From: Eledone cirrhosa
Taxonomy: Eukaryota
DNA length: 64,000 nt
Direction of reading: 5' to 3'
Assembly (NCBI GenBank): GCA_964016885.1
Contig: OZ024749.1
Coordinates: 20,460,001-20,524,000 of the forward strand
Each line of letters begins with the position of its first letter. Positions within the stretch are counted from its first letter, which is position 1. Shown here in pieces: positions 41,301-54,100 of this stretch. Both the position numbers and the translations under genes were made by a program. The notes beneath the pieces were generated by a model. That model worked only from the letters and a program-made list of their open reading frames with translations. It searched no databases and was not told the origin of the DNA.

Positions 41301-44300
41301 TGTGGTACCTACTTACAGCTAGGGGGACTGTGACTGTTGACAGTACAGTGGACTATACCATACTGTGGTGCCTACTTACAGCGAGGTGGACTGTGACTGT
41401 TGACAGTACAGTGGACTATACCATACTGTAGTACCTACTTACAGCTAGGTGGACTGTGACTGTTGACAGTACAGTGGACTATACCATACTGTGGTACCTA
41501 CTGACAGCTAGGTGGACTGTGACTGTTGACAGTACAGTGGACTCTACCATACTGTGGTGCCTACTTACAGCTAGGTGGACTGTTACTGTTGACAGTGGAC
41601 TATACCATACTGTGGTATCTACTTACAGCTAGGTGGACTGTGACTTTTGACAGTACAGTGGACTATACCAGACTGTGGTGGTGCCTACTTACAACTAGGT
41701 GGACTGTGACTGTTGGGACAGTACAGTGGACTATACCATACTGTGGTCCCTACTTAGAGCAAGGTGGACTGTGACTGTTGGCACAGTACTGTGGACCATA
41801 CCATACTGTGGTACCTACTTACAGCTAGGTGGACTGTGACTGTTGGCACAGTACAGTGGACTATACCATACTGTGGTACCTACTTACAGCTAGGTGGACT
41901 GTCACTGTTGACAGTACAGTGGACTATACCATACTGTGGTACCTACTTACAGCTAGGTGGACTGAGCTGTTGACATAGTACAGTGGACTATACCATACTG
42001 TGGTACCTACTTACAGCTAGGTGGACTGTGACTGTTGGCAGTACAGTGGACTATACCATACTGTGGTACCTACTTACAGCTAGGTGGACTGTGACTGTTG
42101 ACAGTACAGTGGACTATACCAGACTGTGGTACCTACTTACAGCTAGGTGGACTGTGACTGTTGGCACAGTACAGTGGAATATATCATACAGTGGTACCTA
42201 CTTACAGCTAGGTGGACTGTGAATGTTGACATTACAGTGGACTATACCACACTGTGGTACCTACTTAAAGCTAGGTGGACTGCGACTGTTGGCACAGTAC
42301 AGTGGACTATACCATACTGTGGTACCTACTTACAGCTAGGTGGACTGCGACTGTTGGCACAGTACAGTGGACTATACCAGACTGTGGTACCTACTTACAG
42401 CTAGGTGGACTGTGACTGTTGACACCGTACAGTGGACTATACCATACTGTGGTACCTACTTACAGCTAGGTGGACTGTGACTGTTGACAGTACAGTGGAC
42501 TATACCATACTGTGGTACCTATTTACAGCTAGGTGGACTGTGACTGTTGGCACAGTACAGTGGACTATACCATACTGTGGTACCTACTTACAGCTAGGGG
42601 GACTGTGACTGTTGACAGTACAGTGGACTATACCATACTGTGGTGCCTACTTACAGCGAGGTGGACTGTGACTGTTGACAGTACAGTGGACTATACCATA
42701 CTGTAGTACCTACTTACAGCTAGGTGGACTGTGACTGTTGACAGTACAGTGGACTATACCATACTGTGGTACCTACTGACAGCTAGGTGGACTGTGACTG
42801 TTGACAGTACAGTGGACTCTACCATACTGTGGTGGTGCCTACTTACAGCTAGGTGGACTGTTACTGTTGACAGTGGACTATACCATACTGTGGTATCTAC
42901 TTACAGCTAGGTGGACTGTGACTTTTGACAGTACAGTGGACTATACCAGACTGTGGTGGTGCCTACTTACAACTAGGTGGACTGTGACTGTTGGGACAGT
43001 ACAGTGGACTATACCATACTGTGGTCCCTACTTAGAGCAAGGTGGACTGTGACTGTTGGCACAGTACTGTGGACCATACCATACTGTGGTACCTACTTAC
43101 AGCTAGGTGGACTGTGACTGTTGGCACAGTACAGTGGACTATACCATACTGTGGTACCTACTTACAGCTAGGTGGACTGTCACTGTTGGCACAGTACAGT
43201 GGACTATACCAGACTGTGGTGCCTACTTACAGCTAGGTGGACTGTGACTGTTGACAGTACAGTGGACTGTGACTGTTGACAGTACAGTGTACTATACCAG
43301 ACTGTGGTACCTACTTACAGCTAGGTGGACTGAGCTGTTGCCATAGTACAGTGGACTATACCATACTGTGGTACCTACTTACAGCTAGGTGGACTGTGAC
43401 TGTTGACAGTACAGTGGACTATACCATACTGTGGTGCCTACTTACAGCTAGGTGGACTGTGACTGTTGACAGTACAGTGGACTATACCATACTGTGGTAC
43501 CTACTTACAGCTAGGTGGACTGTGACTGTTGGCACAGTACAGTGGACTATACCATACTGTGGTACCTACTTACAGCTAGGTGGACTGTCACTGTTGGCAC
43601 AGTACAGTGGATTATACCAGACTGTGGTGCCTACTTACAGCTAGGTGGACTGTGACTGTTGACAGTACAGTGGACTGTGACTGTTGACAGTACAGTGTAC
43701 TATACCAGACTGTGGTACCTACTTACAGCTAGGTGGACTGTCACTGTTGGCACAGTACAGTGGACTATACCAGACTGTGGTGCCTACTTACAGCTAGGTG
43801 GACTGTGACTGTTGACAGTACAGTGGACTGTGACTGTTGACAGTACAGTGTACTATACCAGACTGTGGTACCTACTTACAGCTAGGTGGACTGAGCTGTT
43901 GCCATAGTACAGTGGACTATACCATACTGTGGTACCTACTTACAGCTAGGTGGACTGTGACTGTTGACAGTACAGTGGACTATACCATACTGTGGTACCT
44001 ACTAACAGCTAGGTGGACTGTGACTGTTGACAGTACAGTGGACTATACCATACTGTGGTACCTACTTACAGCTAGGTGGACAGTGACGGTTGACAGTACA
44101 GTGGACTATACCATACTGTGGTACCTACTTACAGCTAGGTGGACTGTGACTGTTGACAGTACAGTGGACTATACCATACTGTGGTACCTACTTACAGCTA
44201 GGTGGACTGTGACTGTTGACAGTACAGTGGACTATACCATACTGTGGTACCTACTTACAGCTAGGTGGACTGTGACTGTTGGCAGAGTACAGTGGACTAT

Positions 44301-46300
44301 ACCATACTGTGGTACCTACTTACAGCTAGGTGGACTGTCACTGTTGGCACAGTACAGTGGACTATACCAGACTGTGGTGCCTACTTACAGCAAGGTGGAC
44401 TGTGACTGTTGACAGTACAGTGTACTATACCAGACTGTGGTACCTACTTACAGCTAGGTGGACTGAGCTGTTGCCATAGTACAGTGGACTATACCATACT
44501 GTGGTACCTACTTACAGCTAGGTGGACTGTGACTGTTGACAGTACAGTGGACTATACCATACTGTGGTGCCTACTTATAGCTAGGTGGACTGTGACTGTT
44601 GACATAGTACAGTGGACTATACCATACTGTGGTACCTACTTACAGCTAGGTGGACTGTGACTGTTGACAGTACAGTGGACTATACCATACTGTGGTACCT
44701 ACTTACAGCTAGGTGGACTGTGACTGTTGACAGTACAGTGGACTATACCATACTGTGGTACCTACTTACAGCTAGGTGGACAGTGACTGTTGACAGTACA
44801 GTGGACTATACCATACTGTGGTACCTACTTACAGCTAGGTGGACTGTGACTGTTGACAGTACAGTGGACTATACCATACTGTGGTACCTACTTACAGCTA
44901 GGTGGACTGTGACTGTTGACACAGTACAGTGGACTATACCATACTGTGGTGCCTACTTACAGCTAGGTGGACTGTGACTGTTGACAGTACAGTGGACTAT
45001 ACCATACTGTGGTGCCTACTTACAGCTAGGTGGACTGTGACTGTTGACATAGTACAGTGGACTATACCATACTGTGGTACCTACTTACAGCTAGGTGGAC
45101 TGTGACTGTTGACATAGTAGTGGACTATACCATACTGTGGTACCTACTTACAGCTAGGTGGACTGTGACTGTTGACAGTACAGTGGACTATACCATACTG
45201 TGGTACCTACTTACAGCTAGGTGGACTGTGACTGTTGACATAGTACAGTGGACTATACCATACTGTGATAACTACTTACAGCTAGGTGGACTGAGCTGTT
45301 GACATAGTACAGTGGACTATACCATACTGTGGTACCTACTTACAGCTAGGTGGACTGTGACTGTTGACAGTACAGTGGACTATACCATACTGTGGTACCT
45401 ACTTACAGCTAGGTGGACTGTGACTGTTGACATAGTACAGTGGACTATACCAACTGTGGTACCTACTTACAGCTAACTGGACTGAGCTGTTGACATAGTA
45501 CAGTGGACTATACCATACTGTGGTACCTACTAACAACTAGCTGGACTGTGAGTGTTGACAGTACAATGGACTATACCATACTCTGGTACCTACTTACAGC
45601 TAGGTGGACTGTGACTGTTGACATAGTACAGTGGACTATACCAACTGTGGTACCTACTTACAGCTATGTGAACTGAGCTGTTGACATAGTACAGTGGACT
45701 ATACCAGACTGTGGTACCTACTTACAGCTAGGTGGACTGTGACTGTTGGAGCAGTACAGTGGACTATACCATACTGTGGTACCTACTTACAGCTAGGTGG
45801 AGTGTGACTGTTGTCAGTACCGTGGACTATACCATACTGTGGTACCTACTTACAGCTAGGTGGACTATGACTTTTGACAGTACAGTGGACTATACCAGAC
45901 TGTGGTACCTACTTACAGCTAGGTGGACTGTGACTGTTGGCAGTACAGTGGACTGTGACTGTTGGCAGTACAGTGGACTATACCATACTGTGGTACCTAC
46001 TTACAGCTAGGTGGACTGTGACTGTTGACAGTACAATGGACTATACCATACTGTGGTATCTACTTACAGCTAGGTGGACTGTGACTGTTGACAGTACAGT
46101 GGACTATACCAGTCTGTGGTACCTACTTACAGCTAGGTGGACTCTGACTGTTGGCCGTACAGTGGACTCTACCATACTGTGGTACCTACTTACAGCTAGG
46201 TGGACTGTGACTGTTGACAGTACAGTGGACTATACCAGACTGTGGTACCTACTTACAGCTAGGTGGACTGTTACTGTTGACAGTGGATTATACCATACTG
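26400..46300. repeat. Imperfect ~7.8-8.0 kb super-period (about 2.5 units)
   Basis: ORF offsets are 7837-7839 (26447/34284, 27417/35256), 7992 (28626/36618, 29071/37063) and 7994 (36618/44612, 37063/45057, 37738/45732). The marker TGTGATAACT occurs at 29278, 37270 and 45264. Confidence 0.75.
40940..41575. repeat. Five-monomer tandem duplication, period 317 bp (65+4x63)
   Basis: CTGCG at 40946/41263 and AGCGAGG at 41063/41380. TAGGGGGACT, TGTAGTACC, CTACTGACAG and GACTCTACC are repeated in the same order. Confidence 0.85.
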
Positions 46301-48132
46301 TGGTATCTACTTACAGCTAGTTGGACTGTGACTTTTGACAGTACAGTGGACTATACCAGACTGTGGTGGTGCCTACTTACAGCTAGGTGGACTGTGACTG
46401 TTGGGACAGTACAGTGGACTATACCAGACTGTGGTACCTACTTACAGCTAGGTGGACTGAGCTGTTGCCATAGTACAGTGGACTATACCATACTGTGGTA
46501 CCTACTTACATCTAGGTAGACTGTGACTGTTGACAGTACAGTGGACCATACCATACTGTGGTACCTACTTACAGCTAGGTGGACTGTGACTGTTGACAGT
46601 AGAGTGGACTATACCACACTGTGGTACCTACTTACAGCTAGGTGGACTGTGACTGTTGGCACAGTACAGTGGACTATACCATACTGTGGTACCTACTTAC
46701 AGCTAGGTGGACTGTGACTGTTGACAGTACAGTGGACTATACCATACTGTGGTACCTACTTACAGCTAGGTGGACTGTGACTGTTGACATAGTACAGTGG
46801 ACTATACCAACTGTGGTACCTACTTACAGCTAACTGGACTGAGCTGTTGACATAGTACAGTGGACTATACCATACTGTGGTACCTACTAACAACTAGCTG
46901 GACTGTGAGTGTTGACAGTACAATGGACTATACCATACTCTGGTACCTACTTACAGCTAGGTGGACTGTGACTGTTGACATAGTACAGTGGACTATACCA
47001 ACTGTGGTACCTACTTACAGCTATGTGAACTGAGCTGTTGACATAGTACAGTGGACTATACCAGACTGTGGTACCTACTTACAGCTAGGTGGACTGTGAC
47101 TGTTGGAGCAGTACAGTGGACTATACCATACTGTGGTACCTACTTACAGCTAGGTGGAGTGTGACTGTTGTCAGTACCGTGGACTATACCATACTGTGGT
47201 ACCTACTTACAGCTAGGTGGACTATGACTTTTGACAGTACAGTGGACTATACCAGACTGTGGTACCTACTTACAGCTAGGTGGACTGTGACTGTTGGCAG
47301 TACAGTGGACTGTGACTGTTGGCAGTACAGTGGACTATACCATACTGTGGTACCTACTTACAGCTAGGTGGACTGTGACTGTTGACAGTACAATGGACTA
47401 TACCATACTGTGGTATCTACTTACAGCTAGGTGGACTGTGACTGTTGACAGTACAGTGGACTATACCAGTCTGTGGTACCTACTTACAGCTAGGTGGACT
47501 CTGACTGTTGGCCGTACAGTGGACTCTACCATACTGTGGTACCTACTTACAGCTAGGTGGACTGTGACTGTTGACAGTACAGTGGACTATACCAGACTGT
47601 GGTACCTACTTACAGCTAGGTGGACTGTTACTGTTGACAGTGGATTATACCATACTGTGGTATCTACTTACAGCTAGTTGGACTGTGACTTTTGACAGTA
47701 CAGTGGACTATACCAGACTGTGGTGGTGCCTACTTACAGCTAGGTGGACTGTGACTGTTGGGACAGTACAGTGGACTATACCAGACTGTGGTACCTACTT
47801 ACAGCTAGGTGGACTGAGCTGTTGCCATAGTACAGTGGACTATACCATACTGTGGTACCTACTTACATCTAGGTAGACTGTGACTGTTGACAGTACAGTG
47901 GACCATACCATACTGTGGTACCTACTTACAGCTAGGTGGACTGTGACTGTTGACAGTAGAGTGGACTATACCACACTGTGGTACCTACTTACAGCTAGGT
48001 GGACTGTGACTGTTGGCACAGTACAGTGGACTATACCATACTGTGGTACCTACTTACAGCTAGGTGGACTGTGACTGTTGACAGTACAGTGGACTATACC
48101 ATACTGTGGTACCTACTTACAGCTAGGTGGAC
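45306..48132. repeat. Tandem duplication, period 1357 bp (2 copies)
   Basis: ORF pairs are 45732/47089, 45937/47294, 46214/47571, 46523/47880 and 46642/47999. Private variants TATGTGAACTGAG, GGAGTGTGACTGTTGTC and GTGAGTGTTGACAGTACAATGG occur in both copies. Confidence 0.92.
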
Positions 48133-51100
48133 AGTGACTGTTGACAGTACAGTGGACTATACCATACTGTGGTACCTACTTACAGCTAGGTGGACTGTGA
48201 CTGTTGACAGTACAGTGGACTATACCATACTGTGGTACCTACTTACAGCTAGGTGGACTGTGACTGTTGACACAGTACAGTGAACTATACCATACTGTGG
48301 TGCCTACTTACAGCTAGGTGGACTGTGACTGTTGACAGTACAGTGGACTATACCATACTGTGGTGCCTACTTACAGCTAGGTGGACTGTGACTGTTGACA
48401 TAGTACAGTGGACTATACCATACTGTGGTACCTACTTACAGCTAGGTGGACTGTGACTGTTGACATAGTAGTGGACTATACCATACTGTGGTACCTACTT
48501 ACAGCTAGGTGGACTGTGACTGTTGACATAGTACAGTGGACTATACCATACTGTGATAACTACTTACAGCTAGGTGGACTGAGCTGTTGACATAGTACAG
48601 TGGACTATACCATACTGTGGTACCTACTTACAGCTAGGTGGACTGTGACTGTTGACAGTACAGTGGACTATACCATACTGTGGTACCTACTTACAGCTAG
48701 GTGGACTGTGACTGTTGACATAGTACAGTGGACTATACCAACTGTGGTACCTACTTACAGCTAACTGGATTGAGCTGTTGACATAGTACAGTGGACTATA
48801 CCATACTGTGGTACCTACTAACAACTAGCTGGACTGTGACTGTTGACAGTACAATGGACTATACCATACTCTGGTACCTACTTACAGCTAGGTGGACTGT
48901 GACTGTTGACATAGTACAGTGGACTATACCAACTGTGGTACCTACTTACAGCTATGTGGACTGAGCTGTTGACATAGTACAGTGGACTATACCAGACTGT
49001 GGTACCTACTTACAGCTAGGTGGACTGTGACTGTTGGAGCAGTACAGTGGACTATACCATACTGTGGTACCTACTTACAGCTAGGTGGACTGTGACTGTT
49101 GTCAGTTCCCTGGACTATACCATACTGTGGTACCTACTTACAGCTAGGTGGACTATGACTTTTGACAGTACAGTGGACTATACCAGACTGTGGTACCTAC
49201 TTACAGCTAGGTGGACTGTGACTGTTGGCAGTACAGTGGACTGTGACTGTTGGCAGTACAGTGGACTATACCATACTGTGGTACCTACTTACAGCTAGGT
49301 GGACTGTGACTGTTGACAGTACAATGGACTATACCATACTGTGGTATCTACTTACAGCTAGGTGGACTGTGACTGTTGACAGTACAGTGGACTATACCAG
49401 TCTGTGGTACCTACTTACAGCTAGGTGGACTCTGACTGTTGGCCGTACAGTGGACTCTACCATACTGTGGTACCTACTTACAGCTAGGTGGACTGTGACT
49501 GTTGACAGTACAGTGGACTATACCAGACTGTGGTACCTACTTACAGCTAGGTGGACTGTTACTGTTGACAGTGGACTATACCATACTGTGGTATCTACTT
49601 ACAGCTAGTTGGACTGTGACTTTTGACAGTACAGTGGACTATACCAGACTGTGGTGTTGCCTACTTACAGCTAGGTGGACTGTGACTGTTGGGACAGTAC
49701 AGTGGACTATACCATACTGTGGTGCCTACTTACAGCAAGGTGGACTGTGACTGTTGGCTCAGTACAGTGGACTATACCATACTGTGGTACCTACTTACAT
49801 CTAGGTAGACTGTGACTGTTGACAGTACAGTGGACCATACCATACTGTGGTACCTACTTACAGCTAGGTGGACTGTGACTGTTGACAGTAGAGTGGACTA
49901 TACCACACTGTGGTACCTACTTACAGCTAGGTGGACTGTGACTGTTGGCACAGTACAGTGGACTATACCATACTGTGGTACCTACTTACAGCTAGGTGGA
50001 CTTAGACTGTTGGCACAGTACAGTGGACTATACCAGACTGAGGTGCCTACTTACAGCTAGGTGGACTGTGACTGTTGACAGTACAGTGGACTATACCATA
50101 CTGTGGTACCTACTTACAGCTAGGTGGACTGAGCTGTTGACATAATACAGTGGACTATACCATACTGTGGTACCTACTTACAGCTAGGTGGACTGAGCTG
50201 TTGACATAGTACAGTGGACTATACCATACTGTGGTACCTACTAACAGCTAGGTGGACTGTGACTGTTGGCAGTACAGTGGACTATACCATACTGTGGTAC
50301 CTACTTACAGCTAGGTGGACTGTGACTGTTGACAGTACAGTGGACTATACCAGACTGTGGTACCTACTTACAGCTAGGTGGACTGTGACTGTTGGCACAG
50401 TACAGTGGAATATATCATACAATGGTACCTACTTACAGCTAGGTGGACTGTGAATGTTGACATTACAGTGGACTATACCACACTGTGGTACCTACTTAAA
50501 GCTAGGTGGACTGCGACTGTTGGCACAGTACAGTGGACTATACCATACTGTGGTACCTACTTACAGCTAGGTGGACTGCGACTGTTGGCACAGTACAGTG
50601 GACTATACCAGACTGTGGTACCTACTTACAGCTAGGTGGACTGTGACTGTTGACACCGTACAGTGGACTATACCATACTGTGGTACCTACTTACAGCTAG
50701 GTGGACTGTGACTGTTGACAGTACAGTGGACTATACCATACTGTGGTACCTACTTACAGCTAGGTGGACTGTGACTGTTGGCACAGTACAGTGGACTATA
50801 CCATACTGTGGTACCTACTTACAGCTAGGGGGACTGTGACTGTTGACAGTACAGTGGACTATACCATACTGTGGTGCCTACTTACAGCGAGGTGGACTGT
50901 GACTGTTGACAGTACAGTGGACTATACCATACTGTAGTACCTACTTACAGCTAGGTGGACTGTGACTGTTGACAGTACAGTGGACTATACCATACTGTGG
51001 TACCTACTGACAGCTAGGTGGACTGTGACTGTTGACAGTACAGTGGACTCTACCATACTGTGGTGCCTACTTACAGCTAGGTGGACTGTTACTGTTGACA

Positions 51101-51199
51101 GTGGACTATACCATACTGTGGTATCTACTTACAGCTAGGTGACTGTGACTTTTGACAGTACAGTGGACTATACCAGACTGTGGTGGTGCCTACTTACAA

Positions 51200-54100
51200 C
51201 TAGGTGGACTGTGACTGTTGGGACAGTACAGTGGACTATACCATACTGTGGTCCCTACTTACAGCAAGGTGGACTGTGACTGTTGGCACAGTACTGTGGA
51301 CTATACCATACTGTGGTACCTACTTACATCTAGGTAGACTGTGACTGTTGACAGTACAGTGGACCATACCATACTGTGGTACCTACTTACAGCTAGGTGG
51401 ACTGTGACTGTTGACAGTAGAGTGGGCTATACCACACTGTGGTACCTACTTACAGCTAGGTGGACTGTGACTGTTGGCACAGTACAGTGGACTATACCAT
51501 ACTGTGGTACCTACTTACAGCTAGGTGGACTGTGACTGTTGGCACAGTACAGTGGACTATACCAGACTGTGGTGCCTACTTACAGCTAGGTGGACTGTGA
51601 CTGTTGACAGTACAGTGGACTGTGACAGTTGACAGTACAGTGTACTATACCAGACTGTGGTACCTACTTACAGCTAGGTGGACTGAGCTGTTGCCATAGT
51701 ACAGTGGACTATACCATACTGTGGTACCTACTTACAGCTAGGTGGACTGAGCTGTTAGCACAGTACAGTGGACTATATCATACTGTGGTACCTACTTACA
51801 GCTAGGTGGACTGAGCTGTGGACATAGTACAGTGGACTATACCATACTGTGGTACCTACTTACAGCTAGGTGGACTGAGCTGTTGGCACAGTACAGTGGA
51901 CTATACCATACTGTGGTACCTACTTACAGCTAGGTGGACTGAGCTGTTGACATAATACAATGGACTATACCATACTGTGGTACCTACTTACAGCTAGGTG
52001 GACTGTGACTGTTGACAATACAGTGTACTATACCAGACTGTGGTACCTACTTAAAGCTAGGTGGACTGCGACTGTTGGCACAGTACAGTGGACTATACCA
52101 TACTGTGGTACCTACTTACAGCTAGGTGGACTGCGACTATTGGCACAGTACAGTGGACTATACCAGACTGTGGTACCTACTTACAGCTAGCTGGACTGTG
52201 ACTGTTGACACCGTACAGTGGACTATACCATACTGTGGTACCTACTTACAGCTAGGTGGACTGTGACTGTTGACAGTACAGTGGACTATACCATACTGTG
52301 GTACCTACTTACAGCTAGGTGGACTGTGACTGTTGGCACAGTACAGTGGACTATACCATACAGTGGTACCTACTTACAGCTAGGGGGACTGTGACTGTTG
52401 ACAGTACAGTGGACTATACCATACTGTGGTGCCTACTTACACGAGGTGGACTGTGACTGTTGACAGTACAGTGGACTATACCATACTGTAGTACCTACTT
52501 ACAGCTAGGTGGACCGTGACTGTTGACAGTACAGTGGACTATACCATACTGTGGTACCTACTGACAGCTAGGTGGACTGAGATGTTGACATAGTACAGTG
52601 GACTATACCATACTGTGGTACCTACTTACAGCTAGGTGGACTGTGACTGTTGACAGTACAGTGGACTATACCATACTGTGGTGCCTACTTACAGCTAGGT
52701 GGACTGTGACTGTTGACATAGTACAGTGGACTATACCATACTGTGGTACCTACTTACAGCTAGGTGGACTGTGACTGTTGACAGTACAGTGGACTATACC
52801 ATACTGTGGTACCTACTTACAGCTAGGTGGACTGTGACTGTTGACAGTACAGTGGACTATACCATACTGTGGTACCTACTTACAGCTAGGTTGAGAGTGA
52901 CTGTTGACAGTACAGTGGACTATACCATACTGTGGTACCTACTTACAGCTAGGTGGACTGTGACATTTGACAGTACAGTGGACTATACCATACTGTGGTA
53001 CCTACTTACAGCTAGATGGACTGTGACTGTTGACACAGTACAGTGGACTATACCATACTGTGGTGCCTACTTACAGCTAGGTGGACTATGAGTGTTGAGA
53101 GTACAGTGGACTATACCATACTGTGGTGCCTACTTACAGCTATGTGGACTGTGACTGTTGACATAGTACAGTGGACTATACCATACTGTGGTACCTACTT
53201 ACAGCTAGGTGGACTGTGACTGTTGACATAGTACAGTGGACTATACCATACTGTGGTACCTACTTACAGCTAGGTGGACTGTGACTGTTGACATAGTACA
53301 GTGGACTATACCATACTGTGGTAACTACTTACAGCTAGGTGGACTGAGCTGTTGACATAGTACAGTGGACTATACCATACTGTGTTATCTACTTAGAGCT
53401 AGGGGGACTGTGACTGTTGACAGTACAGTGGACTATACCATACTGTGTTACCTACTTACAGCTAGGTGGACTGTGACTGTTGACATAGTACAGTGGACTA
53501 TACCAACTGTGGTACCTACTTACAGCTAGCTGGACTGAGCTGTTGACATAGTACAGTGGACTATACCATACTGTGGTACCTACTTACAACTAGCTGGACT
53601 GTGACTGTTGACAGTACAATGGACTATACCATACTCTGGTACCTACTTACAGCTAGGTGGACTGTGACTGTTGACATAGTACAGTGGACTATACCAACTG
53701 TGGTACCTACTTACAGCTATGTGGACTGAGCTGTTGACATAGTACAGTGGACTATACCAGACTGTGGTACCTACTTACAGCTAGGTGGACTGCGACTGTT
53801 GGAGCAGTACAGTGGACTATACCATACTGTGGTACCTACTTAGAGCTAGGTGGACTGTGACTGTTGACAGTACAGTGGACTATACCAGACTGTGGTACCT
53901 ACTTACAGCTAGGTGGACTGTGACTGTTGGCAGTACAGTGGACTGTGACTGTTGGCAGTACAGTGGACTATACCATACTGTGGTACCTACTTACAGCTAG
54001 GTGGACTGTGACTGTTGAAAGTACAATGGACTATACCATACTGTGGTATCTACTTACAGCTAGGTGGACTGTGACTGTTGACAGTACAGTGGACTATACC

